Assembly: GCA_025201805.1 (NCBI GenBank)
Contig: MU619297.1
Coordinates: 114,197-178,196 of the forward strand
Origin: Parasitella parasitica NRRL 2501
Lineage: Eukaryota; Fungi; Mucoromycota
Direction of reading: 5' to 3'
DNA length: 64,000 nt
The notes beneath the pieces are model-generated. The model was given only the letters and a program-made list of their open reading frames with translations. It was not told the DNA's origin and did no database searches. The position numbers and the translations under genes are program-made. Positions 12,901 through 26,354 of this stretch are shown one piece after another; position 1 is the stretch's first letter; every line of letters begins with the position of its first letter.

Positions 12901-15535
12901 CAAAAAAACCGCCTCAAGCTGCTCTTACCTTGGTTGAACATGCGCGTTACTGCTGGCAGCACTGATCCCGAGGTTTACAATGCTTTGGCCAAGATTTACA
13001 TTGACACTAACAACAATCCCGAGCCCTTCCTCAAGGAAAACGAATACTACAACCCTCGTGTCATTGGTAAATACTGCGAAAAGAGAGATCCTTATTTAGC
13101 TTATATCTGTTACGAGAAGGGTCAATGCGACTATGAACTCATTCATATCACTACTGAAAACTCCATGTTTAAGCATCAAGCTCGCTACCTCGTCCACCGT
13201 CGCGATCAAGCCCTTTGGGGCAGTGTCTTGGTTGAAAGCAATGAACACCGCCGTGAATTGATCGATCAAATCGTCGCTACTGCCCTCCCTGAATGCACTG
13301 ATCCCGATGATGTTTCTAGTACTGTCAAGGCCTTTATGGCTTCCAACTTGCCTAACGAATTGATTGAGCTTTTGGAAAAGATTGTCTTGGAGAACAGTGC
13401 TTTCAATGATAACAAGACCTTACAAAACCTGCTGATCTTTACAGCTGTCAAGGCCGATCCCTCTCGCGTCATGGAGTACATCAACCGTCTCGACAACTTT
13501 GACGCCTCAGACGTCGCTGAGGTCTGTATTGGCGAAAACTTGTTTGAGGAAGCCTTTATCATCTACAAGAAGCACAATGTCGATGCCAATGCTGTTGATG
13601 TCTTGATTGAAAAGCTTGGCGACCTTGACCGTGCTTATGAATTTGCTGATCACGTGAACAAACCTGAGGTTTGGAGTAAGCTTGCCAAGGCCCAACTGGA
13701 ACAAATGCATGTCAAGGAAGCTATTGATTCTTACATCCGTGCTGGTGACATGTCCAATTATATGGAAGTTACCCGAAATGCTTCTATGGATAACAAGTAC
13801 GAGGACCTCGTTCGTTATTTGCAAATGGCTCGTAAGCAATCTCGCGAGCCTTTCATTGAAACCGAGCTGTTGTATGCTTTTGCAAAGACAGAACGTTTAG
13901 CTGATATGGAAGACTTCTTGGCTAGTCCCAACATTGCTCAGATCCAAGAGGTTGGTGATCGTTGTTTCCGTAGTGGCATGTACGAAGCTTCCAAGATTTT
14001 GTACACTAGCATCTCCAATCATGCCAGCTTGGCTCAAACTTTGGTCCACCTGAAGGATTATCAAGGTGCTGTTGACTGTGCTCGCAAGGCCAATTCTACC
14101 AAGGTTTGGAAGGATGTCAATGCCGAATGTATTCAACAACGTGAATTCCGCTTGGCCCAGATTTGTGGTCTGCACATCGTTGTCCATGCCGAAGAGCTAG
14201 ACGAGCTCGTAAAGACTTATGAAAAGAATGGATATTTTGAAGAAATCATCAAGCTGTTGGAGGCTGGTTTGGGTCTGGAAAGAGCTCATATGGGCATGTT
14301 TACCGAACTTGCTATTCTCTACTCCAAGTATGCCCCAGATATGATGATGGAGCATCTTAAGCTCTATGTCTCACGTATCAATATGCCCAAGGTGATCCGT
14401 GCCTGCTCCGATGTCCATTTATGGCGCGAACTCGTCTTTTTGTATGTCAATTACGATGAGTACGATAACGCTGTTACTGCCATGATGGAGCACTCTGTTG
14501 ATTCTTGGGAACACAGCGCTTTCAAGGAAATCATTGTCAAGGTCTCAAACATTGAACTGTACTACAAGGCACTCAAGTTCTATCTTGCCGAGCAACCTTT
14601 GCTATTGAACGACTTACTCTCTGTGATGGTGCCTCGTATCAAGCACACTCGTGTTGTTCAAATTTTTGAAAAGTCTGATAACATTCCTTTAATCAAGCAA
14701 TACCTGGTCTCTGTTCAGGATACCAACAACAAGGACGTCAACACTGCGCTGAATGAACTCTATATTGAAGAGGAAGACTATGAAGCTCTGCGTGATTCCA
14801 TCGATCAACACGATAACATTGATCCCGTTGATCTTGCCAAGCGCTTGGAAAAGCACGAATTACTCGAGTTCCGTCGTATTGCTGCACATCTTTACAAGAG
14901 AAACAGAAGATGGAGACAATCCATTGCTCTTTCCAAGGAGGATCGCTTGTTCAAGGATGCCATGGAAACCGCTGCTGAATCCAAGGATCGTGAGGTTGCT
15001 GAGGAACTCCTGCAATACTTTATTGAGGTTGGTAAGCGCGAATGCTTTGCTGCCATGCTTTACACATGCTACGATTTGATGAGACCTGACGTTGTCATGG
15101 AATTATCATGGAGACACGGTTTGAATGATTTCGCTATGCCATATATGATCAATACTATGAAGGAACAATTCACCAAGGTAAGTTCAATAGTTTTGTGTGC
15201 TTGAGGCAATTTTTTTATTTTATTTTATTTTTTTTACTAATTTTTGCCTGGATTATAGATCTCCGTATTGGACAAGGAAATGAATGAACTTAAAGAAAAG
15301 GTCGCCAAACAAGAATCCAGCAATGAAAATGGTTAGTTATGTACAGTAATCGATCATAACAAGATTACTGATTTCTTTGAAAATGATTCTAGCACCTGCA
15401 GTACCTATGGGTTCTGGTATGGGCAACCCACTCATGTTGACAGGACCCGGTAGCGGCATGATGTCTCAACAATCTCCCATGATGACTGGTGCATCTTTCT
15501 CTCCTTCTCCTAACCAACAATTTGGTGGTTTCTAA
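9910..15535 (+). CDS. CHC1: Clathrin heavy chain, multi-exon
   Basis: N-terminus [12 protein letters not shown]...[26 protein letters not shown] repeats, [30 protein letters not shown]-terminal PLMLT matches the QLMLT-type Hsc70 site. Stop TAA at 15533-15535. Confidence 0.98.
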
Positions 15536-16068
15536 AGCTTGTATAACGACCAAAAGAAACAAATATTACAGAAGCCTCTAAAACTATACATTTATCTTTT
15601 CCTTTTCAATACAACTTTTTTTTTTCTTCTTTTTCTATATAAATAATATAAACAATTGCGTAAAAACATTCAAGAAATATGGGATGCTTCAAATTATGAA
15701 GAGTAAGTTCTACCTTTTGGCTATTGAATTTTATCTCAATTCCAACAATGGCACTGACATCCAACTGGACTTTTAGAAGCCAAGGGTCAGAGCTATTCTG
15801 GCTCGATTAATCATATAGAAATAACTCTCACATCCGTCATTTAATTTACTAGAAAAAAAAAAGAAGATGCTATATGTGAATATAACATTCAACTTCAAAT
15901 CTTGTGCCAGACATTTCCGAAATCATGGTTCGGAGCTTCTTGAAGTAGAAGCACCAGGTGCTACCGCTTTTAATATAAAAGTGAACCCTTTCAATAAATC
16001 ACTGTTTTCTTTATCTTTATCTTTGTTTTATTTTATTTTTGTTATTTTGTTTTCATTTTTGATATATT

Positions 16069-16787
16069 ATGATAGCTCGTACAAGCTTAAAGACGTTATA
16101 CAATCGAAAAACATTCGAGAAATTTACAAAGCTATCAAATCTAGAGCAAAAGCAACAGAAAAGAGACTCGTCCTCTTCATCACACAAGGATAATAATCAA
16201 GATAAAGACAAGAAACAACAAATAGCAAAGTCAACGAACCCAAAAAAGAGCCGTGCTCCTGAGATACCGTCTTTCATGCCTGTAGTGAACATCCCTGTTG
16301 CAGAATTTGCTCACAATGCCTTCTTCTCGTTGCATCGACCATTGCTTGGCCTCTCTACACCACGTCCCTTCTTGGTGGGGGATATGGTAGGGCAAATTAA
16401 GACGGAAGAAGAGAGTGAAAGTAAGTTGGGTATGCTTTACTAGTTGAATAAGCTTAATAATTTCTAATATACATTGATGCAGCTGAAGAAACATTGCTGC
16501 AGTATATGACGACTCTGCGGCCCTTTGAGCCTCCAAGCTTGGATGCAGTTAAGAGAGAAGAGAAATGTTCAACCACTACACTGACAGTCGAGGTTGACCC
16601 TTCCTACTTTTTGAATCACAATAACAACCACGACGAAATTGCTGATTATTTGACCGCTATGCAGGAAAAGTTGGATCTCCTTTACGACGAAAGAGTTAGA
16701 AAACTTGGTGCGACTACGCCCAACATTACCTTGAAAAAGAAGATGAGACGCTTGAGAAAGCGTAAGGGCTTTTTTGAAAAGAATTAA
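16069..16787 (+). CDS. Putative mitochondrial protein resembling the fungal mS38/Cox24 family (2 exons; intron 16421-16482)
   Basis: Basic amphipathic N-terminus MIARTSLKTLYNRK. The AFFSLHRPLL and PFEPP motifs recall fungal DUF1713/mS38 proteins. Very basic C-terminus (LKKKMRRLRKRK). The GT-AG intron joins the two ORFs in frame. Confidence 0.55.
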
Positions 16788-17223
16788 TGCCCTCACCCCA
16801 TGTTTAAACAAAATACCAAACCTTTTTGTAAATAGTTTTAATAAGTCTAGTTTTTTTAAAGTAAAAAATCATACGATTTTTTGACATGTCGTGTCATGTT
16901 TTTGGATTACCATTTTTAGATCTTGGTTTTACAGATTCTGGATGCATTAGTGAACTTTAAGTCAGAATGCCTCTATTCTATTAGATGGACAAGCTGTAAT
17001 AATAACGCTATTTGATGTCGATATTACATAAAATTGCGCATTTATTGGTATATGAGTAGCATTATGAAAACTAAAGATGTTCTTGCAAATGCTCCTCCCA
17101 CGCCACATTTACGACATATTAGTCAACACGTTGTAAAAATGAAATAATTCAATGCAAATCATTTTTTGTGTAGTTTATTTGTTTCGTTATTTATTTATAC
17201 AGCATCTACAAGTATCTATTACA

Positions 17224-18573
17224 TTATTTTTTATCGGCAACAGCTGAAGCAGCAGTAGCCTTAGCAGCATCATCCTTCTCCTTCAACTCCTTCACAGCAT
17301 TTTTAGCTTCGTCAGTACCATTCTCTTTCTTCAACTCGCTAACGGCATCTTGTGCCTGATGAGCAGCCCTAACACCATCATTCTCCTTTAATTGGACAAC
17401 AGCCTCTTGGGCTTCCTTTGCAGCCTCGATGCCTTCGTTTTCCTTGGCAGCTGCTTTCTTTTTATTAGACGCCTTCCTCTTTTTGTTGGCCTTCTTGGGT
17501 TGACGCTCCTGTTGGCTTTCTTCAGTTGTGGATTGAGCTTTGACATTTTTACCTTTAGGCTTGGACTTTCTTTCGGTATTCTTTTCAGATGTAGCAGCAG
17601 AGAGGTGAAGAATACGGCCGTCAACTTCCACTTGGCCGAATTCTTTTAGAACTCTGTTCATTTCATCGACTGTCTTTAACTCAACGAAACCATATCCCTT
17701 GGAACCACCCCTAGAAGAAAATGTCAGAATGATTGCCATGTTGGTAGTGAAAAAAAAACTCCTCCTCCCTCTCCCCCCATCACTTACCGTCTTTTAATGG
17801 CCACAAGAGTTGATTCCACTTGGTAGGCTGAGAATAATTCAGCTAAACCATCAACCTTAAGCTCAAGAGGAAGGTTGGCTACAAAAATGGTTGTTTTGGG
17901 TTTGGACTCTGTAGGTTCACTTTGAGAAGTTTCAACAGATGAAATAGGGTCAACTGATTCTTCAGAGGGTGTATCCTCACCAGCCTTATGAACAAGAAAC
18001 ACACAAAGCTTAGCGTCCCCTCCCATTACACGGTGCGTTGCATATACAAATACTTACTATCTTACGCGATTTCTTGCTGCTCTTTTTCTTCTTCTTTTTC
18101 TCACCAGCGGGTTTTGGCTCTCTAGGTTTAGCGAGCTGAACGCTAATTTCACGGCCATCCAGCTCTTTCTTGTCGAGGTCTGTAATGGCTTTTTCAGCTT
18201 CGGCAGCGCTGCCGTAAGCAACAAAGCCGTAGCCTCGAGGTCTACGACCTTGCTTACTGATGATAGTCTCTAGTCTAGGGGAGAAGAGCCATACTGATAA
18301 GTTTTATATCATTGCAGCTCTTGAGGATTTTATACTTACACTTTGCCTGCTTGGCTAAAGAACGTTTCAAGAGACTCGCCCGTAGTAGAGAAACTCAAGT
18401 TACCAACGAAAACCTTGGGTATTGGTCAGCTCCCTTTTTCTTTATTTTTTACCCCACGTACCTCGACGCATTTTTACTTGACTTACCTTGAACAATTCTT
18501 TTTCGGGAGCAGGTGGATTGGGAGACTTTTCAGTAAGAGCGGCAGTAGTTTTTGTTGTAGGGGGAGAAGACAT
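17224..18573 (-). CDS. Two-RRM RNA/ssDNA-binding protein (Sbp1/Tcg1-like), multi-exon
   Basis: RRM1 has KVFVGNLSF (RNP2) and RGYGFVAY (RNP1). RRM2 has TIFVANLP and KGYGFVEL. Lys-rich linkers. ATG at 18573. Confidence 0.85.
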
Positions 18574-20536
18574 TTCTATACCAAGACATTTTAGCTTTAG
18601 CTATTGTGTGTGAAATTTGTTACTAACCAAGATTGAATAAAGGGGAGAAAGAAAGAAGAATGAAATGAGGAAATATGCTCTTTTTGTGCAATGTTTTTCA
18701 AAAAAAAAAAATTCATGCTGACGATGTCTCGCTGACACGTCATTTGAACCTGCAAATGGTGTTGACAGGACCAATAGAACAAGAGCTCTTTCATTATGTA
18801 CACTATTGTCTAAATCTTTGATTTCCACGCATAAAGCAAAAAGTAAGGCAGTCTAATCAAACTGTCTTGCTTGGGCTTATTCAGTTTTATGAAAAGAAGT
18901 GTGAAACTTGCCTGAAATATCTTTTAAGAGATGCTGCCGCAGTTATTATGTAGACCTATCATACAGTATATTCCTTATCATGAGATATGTGTTGGTCAAG
19001 GAATTTAGCTTAACTCTGTCATATGCCTACTACCGTTTGTCATTCAAATAGACATTGATAATAATAAATCGGTCTCATTGTACAGTGAAATGTCACTTGC
19101 TATTTAGACAATTGTACAGGCCAGATAAAGCTTGTTGCAAACGAGTCGAGCTTCTTTGTATCACATGAGATTGGTGTGTTATTAGGTACGAGCTTTAAAT
19201 ATATGACGTATTTTTGTATTCAATGTTGCATTCATTTACTGAAACGACAATAGACAATCTTGAGTGAGTTTCTTATAGCACCAACTGAGGCTAACGAGCT
19301 TTTAACTAAGTTAGCATGATTAAAATGTATCTAGTCCAGTATGTTTGCTCCGAGCTGTACACTGGATGACATGCCTAATACTCTCTTGAGACATTTAGCA
19401 ATGAAGATTATCGGATGATGCATAACACTGTCAACTAGACACAGCGGGAAAAAATCAATGTGAACGTAAATTTGCACGTCGTTAGCTATCTATTGATACC
19501 ATTGCAAATTCCCATTAGATGACAGTAAACCATGCTATCTAGAGAAATCATGATGTTGCTATTGACCTGAACAGCCCTGATTTCCGCTGTGAAAACTGTG
19601 TTATTAGCCAGAATCATTCGAGACGTATGGATAATACAAGTCTCAAAGGTCATAGTTTTCCAAGGAGAGTTTTCAAATGATGCCAGTGTGGCAAAGAAGA
19701 TAGTTGATGAAACCTCCCTTGATTCCATTCAACTGCATAAAGATTTGACATGTGGGGTGATTTCAAAAGTTGACATATTGAGGGGGGTTTTGAACGCTTG
19801 GAATAGCCAGATTTTTAGAGGCAAAGAATGATTAACTTAAACAAGCTTTCGTACGCTTCAGGATGCGATTTACTCTGGTAAACCGTCTGTTTGTTTAAAA
19901 GTATCCATTGCGCTGATTTCACCAATCACAAGGACAGTTTATCGAGAGTGTGTTTGCCGAATGATGTCAATACCAAAAATTGCATCAAAACATCAAGGGG
20001 CACAGTTTAATCTTCCAGGTTCACTGAGGGATTTTATTTGATAGATTTCTGTAGAGGATTCCCTAGACATTAATGTGTGCGTACATGGTGCTGCTAAAGT
20101 CTGGTAATAAGAAAACGGCATGTTGAGACTCATAAAATATGAATGTCTTACAATATGAGATCTGTAAACCCTTTACCAGCCTTGCGTCTTGTGATAAAGA
20201 AAAAAGTTACACTGGCAAACTTGCAACGAGATCACGCGTAACATAGAAGGTTCTGATTAACCCGATTAACACATTATCTGATCAGGGTGTTTGATAGAAG
20301 AAAGTCGAGCAGACTGGACAGTGGAAACGGAAAACGTGATCAGAAGAGTGGCATACCGTAATATCAGTAAAAATGTTTGTTGTGCTATTTCTAGGCCCCA
20401 CCCCACCATCGCCAACATCTTATTCTTATTGTACTCCCTCCTTTCCCCCCAACCAACCCGTGACAGAATAACAAACGTATAAAAAAAGTGTCGTTGAGCT
20501 CTATTTTCTCCTCTTTCCTTCTTGATCCATTGCTCA

Positions 20537-23500
20537 ATGCTATCGAATTCTTCCCTCACCGCTGAAAAGGTCGCACACTATCTGCCTTTTTCGGGCCAGT
20601 TACCCGAGATTCAGGGACGTATTATAAATGTAACACACCAGATACCATACAATATTTTACGTTCCCATCACCAAAATCCGGACACAGATCAACACCCCAT
20701 CTTGCCACTCAGATCTCGTCGTCTTTCAGGATCCTCAATTGCCGAAGTTGCCAAGCAGACAGCAGAGGACTGCACAGCTGATCCTGTTGCCGCTGCTCCC
20801 ATTTCTAAATTGGCTCGCCATCATAAACGCGGCGTTACTTTGCGAATGAAGTTTCATGCAGCCGACTGGACTGTGGTTGAGAGAAGAGGCCATCAAGCTC
20901 TATATGCTGGTATCCAAAGTTTGCGCAAAGACCATGAAACAATTCATATTGGCTGGACTGGGCCTATCCGGGATCAAGGCACTCGCGACAAGATTACAAC
21001 AGACAAATTGGCTGCTGAGGACAAGGTAAAGCTGCAATCGCTTTTATGGGAGACTGGTCATATCGTGCCTATCTTCCTGGATCAAAAGCAATCCCATGGC
21101 CACTACGAAGGATACTGTAAACAGGGTAAGCTATATTCAGCCGTGTGTAAACAAATAGGGTATGACCTCATGTATTTTCTTGTGTAAAATATTATGTAGT
21201 TTTGTGGCCTGTGTTTCACTATTTAGTGCAAACTTCTTCGGGCGATTGTCGAGCAGAAAAACGTCATTGGGACGACTACGTAGCTGTAAACCGTCGATTT
21301 GCAGATACAGTCATCGACAGATACCAAGAGAATGATATCAGTAAGTAAGATTCGGGGAGGGGGGAGGGTGGCGCTTGCGGATGGATGCTAATGTATTTCA
21401 CTCATGTAGTTTTCATCAATGACTACCATTTATTGCTTGTACCCGAAATGATTCGTGAAAAGCTTCCTGATGCAGCCATTGGCATCTTTTTCCATGCAAC
21501 ATTTCCAAGCTCTGAGATCTTTCGCTGTCTACAAAGTAAGTTTCTGTACATACCCACCTTTGCAATTGCACCTTTTGTTTTTATGCACTGCACAATTAAA
21601 TTAACCTTTTCAATTATTCCATCATTACATAAACAGCCCGAAACAGAATCCTTCAGGGCATGCTTGGAGCAAACCTCATTGGGTTTCAAGTAAGTTGACA
21701 ACAGGACCAGAAGGATTATAAACACTAAACAGACCCCAAATTTCTAGACCTATTCTTACGCCAGACATTTCATCTCATCTTGTACTCGGGTGCTCGGCTG
21801 TGAAACAACCCAGGTTGGTGTAAGTTACAATGGAACCATGATTTCGGCGGGTGCGTTTCCTATAGGCGTGGATTGCAACAGAGTAGCCCAATTCTGTAAA
21901 CAACCGGGCGTCCAACCTAAAATGAATGCGATACGGGACATGTATGCTGGCAAAAAGATCATTGTCGGCCGCGATAAACTCGACAGCACCAAGGGCATAC
22001 TGCAGAAATTGCATGCATTCGAGAAATTCTTAAAGGACTATCCTGAATGGCACAACAAGGTTGTGCTGATCCAGGTAGCTACCCCAACGCACGGCGATCA
22101 TTCAAAGCTGGAGGCAAAGATTTCCGAGGCAGTTGGCCATATCAACAGTGAATTTGGCAGTATCGCATTTGTACCCTGCCATTATTATCACCAGGATATC
22201 GATCGTGACGAATACTACGCTCTCCTGTCGGTTGCTGATCTTGCACTGATTACTTGTAGTCGTGATGGCATGAATACAACATCGTACGAATATGTGCTCT
22301 GCCAGCACGAAAATGCGGAACAAGGCCCTTTGATTCTCTCAGAATTCGCCGGTACTGCAGGCTCGTTGAATGCAGCCATATTGGTGAACCCTTATGATTT
22401 GGCAGGTGTGGCAAGGTCAATAAATGATGCTCTAATTATGCCGACAGAAGAAAGAATCACACGCCATGAGAAACTTTACAACCATGTAACCAGCCATACA
22501 GCAGACTTCTGGGCCCATTCCTTTATCAAGCAACTGGTAAGTGTCAGCGGACAGCAAGATCTTCAATCACACGCTACGCCAAAGTTGGATATGCAAAAGT
22601 TGATTCTAGATTACAAGTCTGCCAAGAAGAGAGTTATGTTTTTCGATTACGATGTAAACTATAAAAACTTATGTGGATGTATGCAAACATTGTTACTGAA
22701 CCATCGCTCGTATAGGGTACATTGACTCCTATTGTGTCTGTGCCATCTGATGCTATACCAGGTCCTGATATGCTGAAAGCCCTTCAGATACTCTGTAATG
22801 ACCCCAAAAACATTGTCTGGGTAGTTTCTGGACGAGACCAAACTGTGCTTGATGAGTGGCTAGGAAGCAACATTACCAACATTGGACTTAGCGCAGAACA
22901 TGGCTGTTATTTGAAGGAAGTTGGATCCAGCGAGTGGAAGAGCGTTGTGGCTGGAATGGATATGAGCTGGAAGACAGATGTAGAAGAGATTTTCGATTAC
23001 TATACCGAGCGTACTCAGGGCAGTTTCGTAGAGCACAAAAAGTCATCTATTACTTGGCATTATAGAATGGCAGATGCTGAATACGGGTAATAAGATATAA
23101 AGCACAACTATAAAACTTGGGAGCTGTTTATACTCATTTCTCATTAGCGCTTTCCAAGCAAAAGAATGCCAGAACCATCTAGAAAACGCGATCGTATCCA
23201 AATACCCAGTGGAAATTTTAGTTGGTAAAAAGAATCTGGAAGTGAGGCCTATGTCAGTAAACAAGGGCGAGATTGTGAAGCGAATTTTATCCAAGAATTC
23301 AGATACAAACTTGGTAATGTGTGCTGGTGATGATAAAACCGACGAAGACATGTTTAGAGCTCTAAGTGCGGCACATTATCAACAACGACAAATCTCTTCT
23401 CCTTCAGCATTGAGGATATCTTCGCCCAATATCTCTCCAAAAAGCACAATCACTCCTCACGCAATTTGGCAAGAGCAGGATTCAACTCTGTACTCAATTA

Positions 23501-23598
23501 CCGTAGGTCCCTCAGAAAAGAAAACCCATGCAAACTGGCACGTCAATACGCCACAGCAGATTATCCAGATACTGGAGGCATTAGCTGTACTAGAGTAA
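20537..23598 (+). CDS. TPS2: Trehalose-6-phosphate synthase/phosphatase complex subunit (GT20 + HAD-IIB phosphatase), TPS2-type, multi-exon
   Basis: Motifs HYEGYCKQ, FINDYHLLLVP, FFHATFPSSEIFR, GRDKLD, RDGMNTTSYEY and LSEFAG. HAD motifs FFDYD|GTL, VVSGRD, LSAEHG and GDDKTDEDMF are intact. Confidence 0.93.
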
Positions 23599-23846
23599 TC
23601 GTCAATTAGCATATTCGCTGCATAAGATGTTTTCAATAAAAAATTTATACATCCCCACTGAACTATCGCACCCACATTATAAAACGTTTTGTTAGTAGCC
23701 ACATGTACATTTGTGTACCTACTTCCATAATTGTTTCTTGATGATATCATTTGATTCCCCCCAACGTCGCCAAAATGGACAAAATTTACTAGCCGCACTG
23801 TATAAAAATGCGCTGTATCCAGAATAATCAACTTTGTTGATATAAT

Positions 23847-26226
23847 ATGCAACTTGTAAAGCTGATAATATTCCTAACACTGTCAAGTATTGGAATACTA
23901 AAGTACTCAGGTAATCCTTAAACGAGTGCAGTGCTTGGCAATGTATTAAGACATGTAGATAAGCCAAAGCAGAAGATATCGCAACAACTCTATATCCATA
24001 TATCTATACCAATCTATACAACTGGCCCTGCGTACGTTTACTAAATGCAACAGGGACCATAGGCTGCCATTGTAAGTTTACAAATTTAACTAAATACGCG
24101 TATGCGTTGATTTATTGTTGCTATAGCTTTAAAGAAGAAAAGCGGCATTCTCTATAGTGTAGACACACAAGACGACATCAACAATTTTGTCTCTCATAAA
24201 CCAAGCGAGGACTATGCGATTGTTCTTCCGTATTTCCTTCTAACTAGAGCAAATATCAATTTGCTTGCAACTACTGGAAAAGTAACTGGTCTAGTAGTTT
24301 TGCTGTCAGATCCAACAAGCCAAGCAGCATCGCTCACTTCACCAGACTCAACATGTCCCAATTGTGAGTTTGGACTGTACGCTAACGACACAGATCGGTA
24401 CGAGTGGAATCCTCAGGCACAAAACTTGATAGAAGAGACTTTCGATTTTCCCATATTTGCTATTAGACCAGAGGATATTACATCTCAAAAAGTTTACGAT
24501 TATATTACTACCGTAAGCGCGCGAGAAAGAGAGAGAGAGAGGATCAATCATGCACACCCGAATTAATGAATACACATATATACCTGTAGAGCTTATCATT
24601 CAACATTGCTAACGAATACAAAAACTACCCTCTAAAAGCAGTTGATTTCGAGTTGTTCATGTGGGCCGCTGTCAATTCGGAAACCTGCCTTCGTAGAGGT
24701 TGGTGTCAGGCAGTAGGCGGAATGTCTGTTTATTCTACTCCTTCATTGGATATCTCATCCACCGACAAGAAGCCCATTGTTGTTGTGTCAGCTAGTATTG
24801 ACAGCCGTTCTTTGTTTCATGATTTGACAGTTGGTGCGTCAAATGATGTTTCTGGCATGGTTACTGTACTCGCAATTGCAGACGCTCTTAGTAGGGTAAG
24901 CCAGCTTGGAAAGCATAACAGATTTGTATGCTCATCCTGATGAATTAGGCGCCAACTGCTGCAGACCAGCTATCAAAACATATCTTATATACACTATTCA
25001 CTGCTGAATCGTGGGGATTTGCTGGATCGCAGCGATTTGTCAAAGACATATCAACACCTTTCGTGTGCACAAATGCAACCAGAGCTACTCCATGTCCCTT
25101 TATAAATGCACCGTGCACATTTCCTTGCGTTAGAAACACTTACTTTCAACACATCAACTTTGATAATATCGAATCTATTTTTGAATTCCAATCCGTGTCA
25201 GGTGTCAACTCCAACTATACAGATGGATATTATGTGCATGTTGACGATGCTAAACGATCACAACCTCTCATCACCGCTTTACAGCCATATACCAATATCA
25301 AGACGGCATCAATAGATGGCGTGGAACGCAAGCTACCTCCTAGCAGTGCCATGAGTTTTTTGCAGAAGAAAAAAAGCATCCAAGCTGCTGTCATTACAGA
25401 TTATCAGAAAAACCTTGGAAACTACTACAGTAGCGATATGGATGATGCATTAGATGTGGCAAAAGCTGCAGACAACATCTGTGGACTAGTGAATTCAACA
25501 GCAAATGCGATTTACAACCAAGCATCAAATGGGAACCTGACAAACCAAATCACAGCTAATTGTACCTTGATTTCTTCCATGCTTGAATGCTTGATTTCCA
25601 ACTTTTCATGTCCATTCATGCAAAATTATTTCAATGGTAAGCTTGATCTCTTGTATACAATACGACGCATTAATATTCAACACACAATTCGATACATAGT
25701 TACTTCTGTTTCAAGGATAGGGCATTATTCGTCTGTTTATTCCTTTGACAACCCTCAACCTCAACTTTTACAAAGGTTTGCGTTTAGCTTTTTGAGTGGA
25801 GTAACCGGCAAACAACGTACTGCAGAGAACGGGAAACCTGTGGAATGCCAAACAATCAAGGACTGTGCTTCTGGAGAATACTGCATCAAACAGCTATGTA
25901 CCACTTCGCTGACAACGTATCATGAAGCTTACGGCACTGGTTTACAGTACGATGAAAGTGCTGGGCTCGTTAAAGTGGTTGATCCATCAAGAGGCACATG
26001 GACAGAAAGCACGTAAGTAAAAAAAGGATTTCACGTCAAGTGTGTGTCTATAATAAATTAACAATGCGTCTATAGTTGGGATTCGCCTTCCATGCGTATT
26101 TTCTATATTACATCTAAATCGCATCAAGTAGTAGAATTTGTCATTGGGTTCTTATGGATGTTGACTAGCATTGCTATTGTTTTATTTGTCAAGAGATATC
26201 TCAAAAAGACATTAAAAACTGAATAA
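23847..26226 (+). CDS. NCSTN: Nicastrin (gamma-secretase subunit), multi-exon
   Basis: Signal peptide, PCVRLLNATGTIGC, SPDSTCPNCEFGLY...WNP, FDFPIF, NSETCLRRGWC, ASIDSRSLF, FTAESWGFAGSQRF (the DYIGS-equivalent), LPPSS, WTESTW, then one TM helix and a short tail. Confidence 0.92.
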
Positions 26227-26354
26227 AGATATAATGATGATGAGGAATATTTATGCTATGATGATTTTGGTATGAATTTCTTTGTAAATATCTGTCTGGG
26301 TAATATTTGTTTCTACCAGCTTTTGTTAGTCAAAGGCCAAGTTACTATGATTCA

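Noticed and set aside
11795-14187. Several 60-150 aa minus-strand ORFs inside clathrin heavy chain
   Set aside because: Antisense shadows caused by strong codon bias.
15867-16193. 108-aa ORF with an apparent TM segment
   Set aside because: The hydrophobic stretch is translated T-rich UTR. The plausible gene starts at ATG 16069 in another frame.
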